A stretch of 48,045 nt of DNA. Origin: Octopus bimaculoides (Eukaryota). The stretch spans positions 110,789,473-110,837,517 of the forward strand of contig NC_068984.1 in NCBI RefSeq assembly GCF_001194135.2, in the 5' to 3' direction. Positions 12,131-25,086 of this stretch are shown here, one piece after another. The notes beneath the pieces are model-generated. The model had not been told where the DNA came from. It did no database searches and worked only from the letters and a program-made list of their open reading frames with translations. Numbering within the stretch: position 1 is the first letter of the stretch; every line of letters begins with the position of its first letter. A program made the translations under genes and the position numbers.

Positions 12131-12830
12131 TTGACTGCTGAGGACATGTGTAAGCTTGCAAGAAATGAAGCTAGTATGCTCTACTGGATGTGTAATGTCA
12201 GTGCGCATACACAACAGAGTGTAAATGCCCTGAGAGAAAAGTTGGACATAAGAAGCATCAGATATGGTTGTGCAAGAGATGGCTGTACTGGTGTGGTCTT
12301 GTCTTATATATGGATGAGGACAGCTGTGTGAAAATAGTGTCACACCCTAAAAGTGGAGGGAATATGTGGAAGAGGGAGACCCATGGAAATGGGATATGAG
12401 GTGGTGAAGCATGACCTTTGAATGTTGGGCCTCATGGAGGCAATGACAAGCAATCAGGGCTTTTGGAGATACACTGTGCTTGAGAAAACCCAGCAAGCCA
12501 AGTGAGACTGTAGCTATGGCCTATGCCAGTGTTGCATAACTAGCCCATTTAAGAGTACCCTTCCATCATTGGGCAATATGCTGTGCTTGAGAAGACCTGT
12601 TGATCAAGTGAAATCATTGTCATGGCCAATGCCCATATACTGCCTGACTGGCCCCCATACCAGTGGTGCATAGAAAGCAACATCCGAGCATGGTCGTAGC
12701 CAGTGCCACTTGACTGGCTCCTGTGCTGGTGCCACACAAAAAGCATCCACTACACTCTTGGAGTGGTTGGTGTTAGGAAGAGCATTCAGCTGTAAAAACC
12801 TTGCCAGATCAGATTGGAGCCTGGATGATG
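12131..12830 (+). mobile_element. 5'-truncated RTE-clade LINE (ORF2 C-terminus and 3' UTR)
   Basis: TAEDMCKLARNEASMLYWMCNVSAHTQQSVNALREKL parallels TAEDMRRLARNEASMLRWMCNVSVHTRQS at 33.5-33.7 kb. Confidence 0.9.
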
Positions 12831-12908
12831 TATATATAGGTCTATATATGTATATATATATATATTCAGGATTAAATAAAAGATGACAAATGGAAAACAT
12901 GACATACC

Positions 12909-12946
<38 letters not shown>

Positions 12947-13442
12947 NNNNNNNNNNNNNNNNNNNNNNNNNNNNNNNNNNNNNNNNNNNNNNNNNNNNNN
13001 NNNNNNNNNNNNNNNNNNNNNNNNNNNNNNNNNNNNNNNNNNNNNNNNNNNNNNNNNNNNNNNNNNNNNNNNNNNNNNNNNNNNNNNNNNNNNNNNNNNN
13101 NNNNNNNNNNNNNNNNNNNNNNNNNNNNNNNNNNNNNNNNNNNNNNNNNNNNNNNNNNNNNNNNNNNNNNNNNNNNNNNNNNNNNNNNNNNNNNNNNNNN
13201 NNNNNNNNNNNNNNNNNNNNNNNNNNNNNNNNNNNNNNNNNNNNNNNNNNNNNNNNNNNNNNNNNNNNNNNNNNNNNNNNNNNNNNNNNNNNNNNNNNNN
13301 NNNNNNNNNNNNNNNNNNNNNNNNNNNNNNNNNNNNNNNNNNNNNNNNNNNNNNNNNNNNNNNNNNNNNNNNNNNNNNNNNNNNNNNNNNNNNNNNNNNN
13401 NNNNNNNNNNNNNNNNNNNNNNNNNNNNNNNNNNNNNNNNNN

Positions 13443-13480
<38 letters not shown>

Positions 13481-14299
13481 ACCTACACATACACAAGCCT
13501 ACAAATATACACACATACAAACATTCATATCTATATGCACTTCATACACAAGCATTTTTATGATCTGTGTCTGTATTCTCAGTCTTTAATTCTATGCCAG
13601 TTTAATCGTTCTCCCTGTCTATATAAAAACCATGTTTGATTAATATGACTCTATTATCTAGTAATTCCCTCTCTGCTGAATACACAAAAGATTCTGTCCA
13701 AGATCGCAGAATGACTATTTCTATAAATCAAGCAGATTCTGTTAGAGTAGATATTCCTTTTTATTCTGCAGTTTTTTTTTTTTTTTGATATGGATATTTT
13801 TTATCTTGATACATTTTGTGTTTTTATTTATATATTGTTCTGTTCATTTCTCCCTATCATTTTGCATACATACCTACATATTCACATACATACACAGCAA
13901 CAAACATGCTCAAAAATATGCAAAAACACAGAAGTGTGCTTGTATATGTGTTTATATGCATGTGTGTATGCATATATGTATATGTTCATATGTATATGTA
14001 TATATGAATGCATATATAAACTCATATAAAATATTCTTTTAGGACACCTACTACCTACTACCAAGCCTTCTCAAGGGTAAAAATAGAGAGAGATGGAGAC
14101 AGAAAAAAGGAAAATGCACCTTGGATAAGAAAACTATGGAAATATTTTTAAAAAACATTTCATTTAATTTTTCCACAATTTAATTGTTTTTCATGCTTTA
14201 CTCTAAATTGAAAAAGTTGCTAAGACTGAAACCGTTACTAAAATGTTCTTCATGATAAAATTATTTTAGCATTTTCTACCTTGTCTCATTTTCCTTATA

Positions 14300-14413
14300 T
14301 CATCATCGTTTAACGTCTGCTTTCCATGCTAACATGGGTTGGATGATTTGACTGAGGACTGGTGCAACCGGATGGCTACACCAGGCTCCAATCTAATTTG
14401 GCAGAGTTTCTAC
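14300..14413 (-). mobile_element. RTE 3' tail running into a gap
   Basis: catcatcgtttaacgtctgctttccatgct...ggctccaatctaatttggcagagtttctac. Confidence 0.8.
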
Positions 14414-14986
14414 NNNNNNNNNNNNNNNNNNNNNNNNNNNNNNNNNNNNNNNNNNNNNNNNNNNNNNNNNNNNNNNNNNNNNNNNNNNNNNNNNNNNNNN
14501 NNNNNNNNNNNNNNNNNNNNNNNNNNNNNNNNNNNNNNNNNNNNNNNNNNNNNNNNNNNNNNNNNNNNNNNNNNNNNNNNNNNNNNNNNNNNNNNNNNNN
14601 NNNNNNNNNNNNNNNNNNNNNNNNNNNNNNNNNNNNNNNNNNNNNNNNNNNNNNNNNNNNNNNNNNNNNNNNNNNNNNNNNNNNNNNNNNNNNNNNNNNN
14701 NNNNNNNNNNNNNNNNNNNNNNNNNNNNNNNNNNNNNNNNNNNNNNNNNNNNNNNNNNNNNNNNNAAGTATACTAGTCATTATATATTTAATACTCAATA
14801 TTTCATATATTCAATAAGACCTTCAATACTTCATTTCATTTTACTATTTATATTATATATTCCATATTCTATATCCCACTTTAATTTTATTAGAATATAA
14901 ATAAAACATAAAAAAACAGACAGAGTTGGAACTCTTATAAATAGTATATTCCTCTATACACTATCATACAAACCTCTTTTTTTATA

Positions 14987-15028
<42 letters not shown>

Positions 15029-15056
15029 CACACACACACACAGATACACACAGAGT

Positions 15057-15365
15057 GGAGGTGCATGGCTCAGTGGTTAGGGTATTGGGCTCACAATCAC
15101 AATCATGAGGTAGTTTTCAATTCCTGGACCAGGCTGTGTGTTGTGTTCTTGAGCCAGACACTATATTTTATTGCTCCAGTTCACTCAGCTGAAGAAATGA
15201 GTTGTGACATCACTGGTGACAATCTGTATCAGCCATTGCTTTTCTCTTGGATAACATCAGCGGCAGGGAGGCTGGTATGCATGGGTGACTGTGGTCTTGC
15301 AGAAACAACTTTGGTTGGACTCGTGTCTTGGAGGAGAACTTCCATGACCGAAGCAGGGTCTTTTA
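15057..15365 (+). mobile_element. SINE family C (tRNA-like head)
   Basis: gtggaggtgcatggctcagtggttag...gttgtgttcttgagccagacac...ccagttcactcagctg. Confidence 0.8.
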
Positions 15366-15367
15366 TC

Positions 15368-15565
15368 AACCATAGAACTGTACGGTACGGCAGAGTATCC
15401 AAGATCCTGTCTTCGCCATCTAGAATAATGACCCAGTACTGTAACATTCTGGCTTTCAAGGGTTCACAAATATCCAGTATTTTGCTAAACAGCCTCAGTG
15501 ATTTGCAATTTGCAGATTGGAGGCCTTCAAAGAACAACTGGACAAATTTTCATCTGAGATACTAA
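15368..15565 (+). mobile_element. CR1/L2-like LINE ORF2 C-terminal fragment
   Basis: RVSKILSSPSRIMTQYCNILAFKGSQ...LLNSLSDLQ, then FKEQLDKF in a shifted frame; resembles the G-P-x-L-F-N-x-L-P...F-K-x-x-L-D-x-F end of CR1-group ORF2. Confidence 0.6.
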
Positions 15566-16046
15566 AAGAATACATGGCAATGACTTGTCTTCCATAAACA
15601 ACCTTGTTCAGACTCGGAGAGAAACATTTTAGGTGCACTCCTGTGGTCATTTGTGACTAAAGTGGTCTTTACGCACAGATTACAGGCAATGGAATATGGT
15701 GTATGAGGGTTTTCCATGGTCACTATAAACCAGCTTGTAGGTCAGCTTTGAATCAAAGTTTATGAAAGATCAGTGTCAATAAAAAGAATGTTAGACACCC
15801 TTGAAAAAAGCTCAGTGTAGTTAAGGGCAAAGAGAAAATATAGCTGGAGTGGAAAAGTAATACTGCAAGCCAAAAAACATGGTAGGAGGGAAAGCCAGTT
15901 TGAAATAAATTCACAGTGCATGGTCACGTGATGGTCTTCATGGCTAACTGATATGCATCACACTCAAGAGAAATAAGACACTCTTAGATGTTTCAAGTTC
16001 AATTCTCACTAAAAGTGACATTTCTCAACGAATTTCAGGCATTTTA

Positions 16047-16470
16047 ACGATGATGATGATGATGAAGATGACGGTGGACAGGATGAGGATGATCATGATA
16101 ATGATGATGATAATGTTGCTGTTGATGATGGCAACAGCAAAGATGGTAATGGCAAAGATGATGATGAGGATGATTATGATGATGACAATAATGATGATGA
16201 GATTGATGATGATGACGATGATGATGATAACCATGATGATTGCAATAATAATGATGATGATGATGGCGATGAAGACAACGTTGACGACGACAATGAGGAT
16301 GATGATGACGATAATGATGATGATGCAATGATAATGATGGTGGTGTTGATGAAAATGATGATGATAATACTGCTGTTGATGATGGTGACAATGCTAATAA
16401 CAATGACAGTAATAATGAAAATTATAATTATGATAACGATGACTATGTTGATGAGGTCAACGATGATGAT
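16047..16470. repeat. Long degenerate (GAT/GAC/AAT)n tract
   Basis: Direct reading; source of the poly-M/H/S/I ORFs. Confidence 0.9.
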
Positions 16471-16533
16471 TCTATTGGTTAAAGGATACTTTGCATTGCA
16501 ATGTTTGTGTTGTTTTTCTTTTTGTCCATGCTG

Positions 16534-16919
16534 ATGTTGTTGGCACTCCGACACTTACGACAATGAGGGTTCCGGTTGATCCGATCAACGGAACAGCCTG
16601 CTCGTGAAATTAACGTGCAAGTGGCTGAGCACTCCACAGACACGTGTACCCTTAACGTAGTTCTCGGGGATATTCAGCATGACACAGTGTGACAAGGCTG
16701 GCCCTTTGAATTACAGGTACAACAGAAACAGGAAGTAAGAGTGAGAGAAAGTTGTGGTGAAAGAGTACAGCAGGGTTTGCCACCATCCCCTGCCAGATCT
16801 TTGTGGAGCTTTAGGTGTTTTCGCTCAATAAACACTCACAACGCCCGGTCTGGGAATCGAAACTGCGATCCTATGACCGTGAGTCCGCTGCCCTAACCAC
16901 TGGACCATTGCGCCTCCAC
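16534..16919 (-). mobile_element. SINE family D, apparently full length, 11-bp TSD
   Basis: Minus-strand head gtggaggcgcaatggtccagtggttagggcagcggactcacgg...gtttcgattcccagacc; tgtccatgctg at 16523-16533 and 16920-16930. Confidence 0.85.
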
Positions 16920-17309
16920 TGTCCATGCTGTAAACTAACGTGAAATCTTTCTTTTTCGATGTTGCTATTTTTAATCGTGTAGTTCCTTCTCATTGATAAT
17001 CGTCACGTTTATCTTTCTTATTCATTGAGACAGAGTCCAACAATATTTTAAATCAATAAACACAACATAAAAAAATAAATAACTGAATTAAAAAGAAAAT
17101 TTTTTCTTACGTTTGTTTTTTGATTTCTTTACCAAGAGTGTCAAACCCATGTTAACTCCTTTGTTTTTTATCATACATACCTTGATTTTTATTATTTTTT
17201 TTTATACACCAAAAAAAATTCAACCAAAATTTTCTTTATTTCTCACATTCAGTTTTTGTACTTTCCCTTCATAAGGAATTCAACCTCTACACAGAATATA
17301 GAGGTTGAT

Positions 17310-17640
17310 TTTATTTATTTTTATTTCATTTTATTATATTTTTATTTTTTTTATTTTTTAATTATTTTTTTTTCATTATTATCATTTTTATTTTTTGTTA
17401 TTTTATTACCTTTATCCTAATTATTTTTATTCTATATTTATTTTTTATTATTTTTATTTTTTGTTATTTTATTACCTTTATCTTTATTATTTTTATTCTA
17501 TATTTATTTTCATTTATTTTTATTATTTTTATTTTTATAGCTTTTATTTTATTATTATTTTTATTTTTTATTATATTATTCTCTTTACTTTTATTATTTT
17601 ATTTTATATTTATTTTTATTTATTTTCTATTCTAATTGAG
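17310..17640. repeat. T-rich low-complexity tract with an internal ~66-bp duplication
   Basis: ttgttattttattacctttat...tttttattctatatttatttt occurs at ~17396 and ~17461. Confidence 0.8.
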
Positions 17641-17987
17641 TCATCGGTCTTTAACTCGTTTTTCTTAGACTGACAACTACAATATCAAGACATCAATGCA
17701 ATGCTTGCAATAATTGTTAAAGATGCTACATACAAACCCTTAAGGGTTAACTGTTAGTTAAGCAGTTCTCTATGCTGCTTTGATTTCCGATGATTAATGA
17801 ATGAATAATAATTAATGTAACAAATAACTAAAAAAAAAATTAATATATAAATAAGATTAAATTGAAATGTAAAATAAAAATCATAATTTGAAAAAAAATG
17901 GAAAATCAGAAAAAGAAAAGAAACAAATTTAAATGTCATCATTAAATTTTAAAAACATAATAATCAAACTAATTAATAAATAGTATG

Positions 17988-18039
<52 letters not shown>

Positions 18040-18059
18040 GAATCCTTGAACTAATAAAG

Positions 18060-18640
18060 GAGACTCTACATTGTTGCATGAACTGCTAAAAATAGCAGCT
18101 AAGTTTCCTTCATATCATGCCAACTCTTCTTAAAGAACACATTAAATAAAGTAGTCCTAAGCAGATGGAGTGGTCTTGATTGGGTTGTGCTTGATCATAG
18201 GTCTGTTTCTTGGTTAAATGGAATCAATATGGATGGGAATAAGCTACTGAGAATGTCTATGTGGTTACTTGAGTTGCAAATTATATCCTCACTGTCTCAA
18301 AAAGAAAAAAAAGGACACATTAGTTAAAGTAGTTTGGAAAAATTGCAGGATGGTCATGATTGGAATATCCTTGGTCATAGATTTGCTCATTATTCATTCA
18401 AGACTGGGATCAAACAAGCCAGGTGTAACCAAGCTAACTACAAAATTTTGCATCTTTAAGTGGTTGTTAACTGTGCTAGAAATAGCAGCAAAATATCTTT
18501 CAGATCATATCCTACCACTTTAAAAAGGGTTAGGCCACAATGGATAATTTAGCCCTACATACATGGGTTGAATATCTTTTGTAATAAATCTGCTTGATGA
18601 AGTTTGACTGAGGCAAAGCAACATTGACTAAACTTGAGTG
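18060..18640 (+). mobile_element. Two degenerate copies of the unclassified 'aaatagcagc' repeat
   Basis: Similar to 2095-2360. Confidence 0.45.
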
Positions 18641-19991
18641 TCAGTAAAAGCTAATAACTCCTTGAGGCACTTAGTAGTGATTGATTCACACTAAATTGAC
18701 CTAAACTGCCATATCAGGTTATGTATGCAAACACATCTTCAGCATTCAACACAAGACATGTGAATTCTTTCTAAGCAGTAGACTGGCTGCTAATGTGTGC
18801 CATAGAATCATCTAAGAAGAGGACAGCAGGATTGTTCACTGACCACAGAAATAGTGATAAATGATAATGTACTCAAAATCATAATGAAACATGATGATGG
18901 AAGTTAATTGCAATCAGTCATTCCAACAACAGCCATGAAGAAACATCGGGCCAACTAGTTTCAGCTTTCATTAAAACCTCTTCAGGATTTATAACATTTT
19001 CTCAGCAGTTTTTTGAATTTCTAGTAGATAAAGTGACCATTTGAAGACTACTTCATTTGCTCACGTCACACTTATTAGGTCACAAAGGCATGCATTCTTT
19101 TCTTTAGTCTTCCAAAGAGTTTTTGTTAATTTCTGCAGCTGGCCCCCACCCCTGTGGATGATCATTATTTCATGTCCATAGCAAATAATATTTCTATTAT
19201 TTCCCAAAATCATCAAAACAATATGGGTTTAGAAATAAGGAATTATAACTTGTAAGAAAAGAAGCATTTTCAAAATTTCAGTATTCAAAAACTGAAAAGC
19301 ATATTCATACAAATAACCAGAAACTTCTGAAAGAAGTCACTATGACAACATTTGTGCTCTGATGCCTTTTTTTTTTTTAGGTCCTGTGTGTGGTGAGGTG
19401 GGGTGGGGGGTTGCTTCTCATCTGATATCCTCTCATAGTAACACATCCAAAATGCTCTTCCACAGAACTGTCACAGAATGCTAAAAAGTTCTTTCTGATG
19501 TTCTTTCTTTCACAACTTGCACTTCATAATGNNNNNNNNNNNNNNNNNNNNNNNNNNNNNNNNNNNNNNNNNNNNNNNNNNNNNNNNNNNNNNNNNNNNN
19601 NNNNNNNNNNNNNNNNNNNNNNNNNNNNNNNNNNNNNNNNNNNNNNNNNNNNNNNNNNNNNNNNNNNNNNNNNNNNNNNNNNNNNNNNNNNNNNNNNNNN
19701 NNNNNNNNNNNNNNNNNNNNNNNNNNNNNNNNNNNNNNNNNNNNNNNNNNNNNNNNNNNNNNNNNNNNNNNNNNNNNNNNNNNNNNNNNNNNNNNNNNNN
19801 NNNNNNNNNNNNNNNNNNNNNNNNNNNNNNNNNNNNNNNNNNNNNNNNNNNNNNNTATAGTGTTTAGTTGTTGAGTCATTGTCTTTGATTTCTCTATTGA
19901 TGGACCTCACCTATTCATTTATTCTTCCTTTGCATCCATATTTAGAAATTCATACTTAAAAACCGTAATCATCAAATTCAAAATAACTTAC

Positions 19992-20011
19992 AACTTTCAT
20001 TTTTTTTCCGG
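19992..20011 (-). CDS. Candidate 20-nt micro-exon (x-RKKNES-x)
   Basis: Minus strand: TGC-rich tract ...ctgctgctactatag|CCGGAAAAAAAATGAAAGTT|gtaagt. Confidence 0.2.
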
Positions 20012-20333
20012 CTATAGTAGCAGCAGTAGCAGTAACAGCAACAGCAGCAGCAGCAACAGTAGTAGTAGCAGTAATTGTTGTTGTTTGGCAAATTTTGTGC
20101 TTTATAAAAGTTTTTCACACCAATGAAATATAGAAGATAAAGGTGGAGGAGGGGGAATGTGACTATAAAGAAATACACAATTAAAAAGTAAATATCACAA
20201 GATATATATATATATATATATATAAAGGAAAAAATATTGCTGTCAAATGGATTTAACAACAAAAACAACAACATCAACTATAACTACAACACCAAGCAAG
20301 GTATAAACAATATTTCTGATGTCCCCTACCTAC

Positions 20334-20364
20334 CTCATCTTTCCACCGCCTGTTACATTAGTCG
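20334..20364 (-). CDS. Candidate 31-nt exon (x-TNVTGGGKM-x)
   Basis: Minus strand: tcacattcag|CGACTAATGTAACAGGCGGTGGAAAGATGAG|gtaggt; one open frame; weak pyrimidine tract. Confidence 0.25.
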
Positions 20365-21144
20365 CTGAATGTGACATGTTTTATATTATTTATCTTTCGT
20401 AAAAGATTAATTCTAGTGATTCTCTTTCTCTCTCTCTGTCTCTCTCTCACTCTCTCTCTCTCTCATGCTTTAGCATATGACTTCTGTCAGATGTGATGAC
20501 CAAGACACCTCAATATGGCTAAAATGCTAAAATGTTGCTGTTTGAAACACCTTGTCCAAAGAACTACTTTTACCAAAAATAAAAAAAAATTACAATAGAA
20601 AGAAAAGTAAAAATATGGTGACTAGAACAATATTTGTTTCTTGTTCTTGCTCTTTTTATGTATATTTATATTCATTTTATTTTGTTTTGTTTATTTTTTT
20701 ACTTGAAAATAATTCTATAAATAACATTCATCTCATTTCAAAGATGACACACAAAAACACTGTTTGTTATTTTTTCTCCCATTTTTTCCTACTGTCTTTT
20801 TTTTTTTTTTCCTTTTTGTCTGGTTCCGTCTGTTACCATTCCCACTGTGTAATGCTTTGACAAAAAGATAAATAGAGTTCTGCAAGTATGCAATCATTGA
20901 TGGGAAGACTCTTGTCATTGGTATTCACTCGTATTTGCCAAAAAGTTCAATGCAAAGGATTGGTCAAGAATACACAAGCAAACATTTTCTGCGGCTAAAA
21001 GTAGTCGTGATCAGAAAGTGCCAATCATGGATGGGAATCAATTTGCATCCTGTGTTGTTGTGAGTTCTTTGAGAAAGGCAGGTTCTTGTCTCTAAGAAAA
21101 AGAAAAGCATACTTGCACACACAAGCACATGTATGAATATATAT

Positions 21145-21220
<76 letters not shown>

Positions 21221-21556
21221 GTAGGACACTAAATATATGTAGGTTTGTATGTTCATGTGTCTGTATGTATGTCATTTGACATTTAAAATATATACATTAC
21301 TGGTCAATGAATGACATAAAAAGAAAGCAATAAAAAAAAGTATGCAACTTAAAGTCAAATCAATGTCCGTTTTCTCAAAATACAAGCCATTTCTTTGCTA
21401 TTTATTTCATTAAAGTGGAAGGGTGTGGTTGTAAGATGTAAGAGAGACAAAGGAAAATACAAGACAGAAACCTTCATCGTTGACATTTTACTTTATTGCA
21501 GACAAGAGACATGACAGCAAATTGCATTTTTAGGTGTAAGGTGCCAGATTTTGTAC

Positions 21557-21609
21557 CTAGCATTTGTGAGTTCAAATTCTTGTGTTCTTCAAATATGAAA
21601 CGTTTTAAT
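21557..21609 (-). CDS. Candidate 53-nt exon (x-LKRFIFEEHKNLNSQML-x)
   Basis: Minus strand: ttttattttatttattcatttag| ... CTAG|gtacaa; one open frame. Overlaps a B-box-like gagttcaaattc on the plus strand. Confidence 0.25.
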
Positions 21610-21667
21610 CTAAATGAATAAATAAAATAAAATTAAGATAAAAAATAAAGAAAATACTTAATTAATT

Positions 21668-21882
21668 ACTCTTTTATTCTTTTACTTGTTTCAGTCATTT
21701 GACTGTGGCCATGCTGGAGCACCGCCTTTAGTCGAGCAAATAGACCCCGGGACTTATTCTTTGTAAGCCTAGTACTTATTCTATCGGTCTCTTTTTGCCG
21801 AACCACTAAGTGACGGGGACATAAACATACCAGCATCAGTTGTCAAGCAATGCTAGGGGGACAATCACAGACACTCAAACAT

Positions 21883-21920
<38 letters not shown>

Positions 21921-22088
21921 ATATATACGACGGGCTTCTTTCAGTTTCCATCTACCAAATCCACTCAAGACTTTGGTCGGCCCAAGGCTAAAGTAGAAGA
22001 CACTTGCCCAAGATGCCACACAGTGGGACTGAACCCGGAACTATGTGGTTGGTAAGCAAGCTACTTAACCCACAGCCACTCCTGCGCC
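21668..22088 (-). mobile_element. SINE family B, full length
   Basis: Minus-strand head gtggctgtgggttaagtagcttgcttaccaaccacatagttccgggttcagtccc, central (TA/CA)n, tail ...gactgaaacaagtaaaagaataaaagag. Confidence 0.9.
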
Positions 22089-22205
22089 TATAATTACATC
22101 AAATTAAAAAAAAAAAACTTCAAAACATATAAATCAAAAATTCAAAAGTTTGTTTTGGATGATGATGATTAATGATGCAGAAACATGATTCAGAGACATG
22201 TATCC

Positions 22206-22510
22206 AGTGAAGGTGCATGGCTCAGTGGTTAGAGCATCAGGATCACAATCATGAAGTAGTGAGCCTGATTCCTGGACTGGGCTCTATGTTCTGTTTTTGA
22301 GCAAGACACGTTATTTTATGTTGTTCCAGTTCACTGAGCTGTAGAAATGAGTTTGCCTTATCCTTGGATAATATCGGTGTGATGGAGAGGGGAGCTGGTA
22401 TGCATGGGCGACTGCTGGTTTTCCATAAACATTCTTTCCTGGACTTGTGCCCCAGAAGAGAACTCTCAAAGGGCAGTCCCATGGTCAGTCATAACTGAAG
22501 AAAGTCTTTA
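22206..22510 (+). mobile_element. SINE family C
   Basis: gtgaaggtgcatggctcagtggttagagcatcagg; homologous to 15057-15365. Confidence 0.8.
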
Positions 22511-22517
22511 GCCTTCA

Positions 22518-22720
22518 CCAACCATAGAACTTGATGGCACTGCAGAGTATCAAAGATCCTATCTTCTCCATCTAAAATAATAACCCAGTACTGTAACATT
22601 CAGGATTTCAAGGATTCACAATTATTCAACATTTTATCAGACAGTCTCAGGGATTTGCAAGTTGCAGATTGAAGGTCTTCAAAAAGCAACTGGATAAATT
22701 TTAATCTGAGCTACCAAAAG
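22518..22720 (+). mobile_element. CR1/L2-like LINE ORF2 C-terminal fragment
   Basis: KDSQLFNILSDSLRDLQVAD, then VFKKQLDKF*SELP; homologous to 15368-15565. Confidence 0.65.
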
Positions 22721-23198
22721 GACTTACATCAAGATAGGAAACACAAAGAAGAACAGCTCTTTCCAACCCACTATTTCACCAGATACAATACAGGAAAGAA
22801 ACTCAATCGATCAACCTCTGGCTGAAACCAGTAAAAGACAAAAGATAAAGGATAACAATATTTCAATCAACACTGCTTAATTGCACTTCTAATTAATTAA
22901 CTCTGACTTGACAAAGCTTTACACACATCAGTAAATCTACTATTTGCAGTTTAAGTATATTAGTTCTTAGTGAACTAAGAATGATACATTCATAGAAGGT
23001 TTGTGGCTGATGAAGCATAAACACTCAGAAACATGTGTGGCCTATTGTCTGAATATATCATTCAAAGTCTAGCAGAGAATTTCTAACATGAATTCTCAAT
23101 AAGGAGAATTTCTTTCCTTCGGCAATTTCCACAGCATAGAACATTCTGCTGTATAGGAACAGGTTAAATATAATTGTGCACACCAATATATATATGTA

Positions 23199-23251
<53 letters not shown>

Positions 23252-23284
23252 GTATGCATACATACATATATATGTGTGTGTGTG

Positions 23285-23338
<54 letters not shown>

Positions 23339-23341
<3 letters not shown>

Positions 23342-24112
23342 CATTATCATCGTCATTGTTTAATGCCCACTTTCCATGCTGGCATGGGTTGAACAGTTTG
23401 AGTGAGGACTAGCAAGCCAGAAGGCTGTGTCAGGCTCCAATCTGATCTGGCAAAGTTTCTACAGCTGGATGCCCTTCCTAATGCCAACCACTTCAAGAAT
23501 GTAGTGAGTGCTTTTTACATGCCACCAGCATGGGAGCCAGTCAGGCAGCACTGGCAACGACCATGCTTGAATGGTGCTTTTTACTTCCCACTGGCACGGG
23601 AGCCAGTCAAGTGGCACGGGAGCCAGTCAAGTGGCACTGGCAATGACCAAGCTTGAATGGTGCATTTTACGTGCCACTGGCATGGGTGCCAGTCAGGCAG
23701 TACTGGCATCGGGCACGACAATGACTTCCCTTGATTCAATAGGTTTTTGCAAGCACAGCATATTGCCCAATGATTGAAGGGTACTCTTAAATGGGCTGGT
23801 TATGCTGCACTGGCATAGGCCATGGTTACGGTATCACATGGCTTGCTGGGTTTTCTCAAGCACAGCATATCTCCAAAGGTCATGGTCACTCTTCATCACA
23901 TCCAATAGACCCAACATTTGAAGGTCGTGCTTCACCACCTTATCCCAGGTTTTCCTGTGTCTACCTCTTCTACAGGTTCCCTCTACTGCTAGGGTGTGAC
24001 ACTTTTTCACACAACTGTTCTCATCCATATGCCACACATGACCATACCAACACAGCCATCTCTATTGCACATTACATCTGAAGCTTCTTATGTCGAACTT
24101 TTCTCTCAAGAC
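23339..24112 (-). mobile_element. 5'-truncated RTE-clade LINE
   Basis: Minus ORF CVKKCHTLAVEGTCRRGRHRKTWDKVVKHDL; 3' UTR and (ATC)-type tail toward 23339. Confidence 0.9.
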
Positions 24113-25086
24113 ACTTAAACAGCTGAAATGTTTGGTGTATCAAGAAATACTGCCTCGAAAGTTATGACAGCCTTTGAGAAAGAGGGAAGAACCTCCTCAT
24201 TGGAACAAAACTCCTGAAGAAAACCAAAACTTTCAGATAGGGACTGTCAGACTCTTAAGCAAATTGTTAGAAAGGATCACAAAATTACAGCTCCGAAAAT
24301 AACTGTAGAACTTAATGACCTCCTTGAGAACCCAGTTTCCACAAAAACTATTCACTGAGAGCTGCACAAAACCGGATTTCACAGGAGGGCTGCTATCAGA
24401 AAACCACTACTTTTAAAAACAAACACTGCAAAGCATTTAGAATGTTATTTCCTTGAACGAGTCATCCTTTACCTTATTTCCGACTAGCGGCCGAGTATAC
24501 TTGTGGAGACAGCCAAAAGAAGCATTTGACCCAGACTGCCTTCTTCCAACTGTAAAACATGGAGGAGGATCTATGATGATCTGGGGGACTATACTTTGAA
24601 ATCTGCTGACCAAATGGTTTCCCTTCATGGCAGAATTAATAATCAAAACTATTTAAGCATTTAATCTCATCAAATTCATCCTATAGTTGCAGAACTGCTT
24701 CCAAAAGGAAACGTAATCTTTCAGGATGATAATGCACCAATTCACACAGCTAAAGTTGTTACTGAAAGGCACGAGAAACATTCTAGCAAAATTGAACATC
24801 TTATATTTGGCCACTACAGTCCCCGGATCTCAATATTATTGAACATTTATGGTGCATTTTAGAAAAACAAGTAAGAAGTGATATCCTTCACCATCATCAC
24901 TACAGGAACTGGAGACTGTTTTAGCTGAAGAATGGACAAAAATTCCTTTGAAAACAATTCAAACTTTGTATGAGTACATACTTTATAGAAATCAAGCTGT
25001 AATTACTGCCAACGGTGGTCCTACCCCATATTAAAATAAATTTGTTTGAAATTTTAAGGTATTTCCATTATCATGTCCAACACCTG

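Noticed and set aside
16025-16554. Poly-Met/His/Ser/Ile ORFs in several frames (also 36140-36646)
   Set aside because: (GAT)n/(ATC)n tracts are stop-poor in several frames; no splice or homology support.
17280-17308. 10-bp hairpin TCAACCTCTA-N9-TAGAGGTTGA
   Set aside because: Too short for a pre-miRNA; one such stem is plausible by chance in 48 kb.
18700-19150. Motif hints (plus SSAFNT; minus PAVLFLDDSMAH)
   Set aside because: Isolated short matches on opposite strands with no supporting context.
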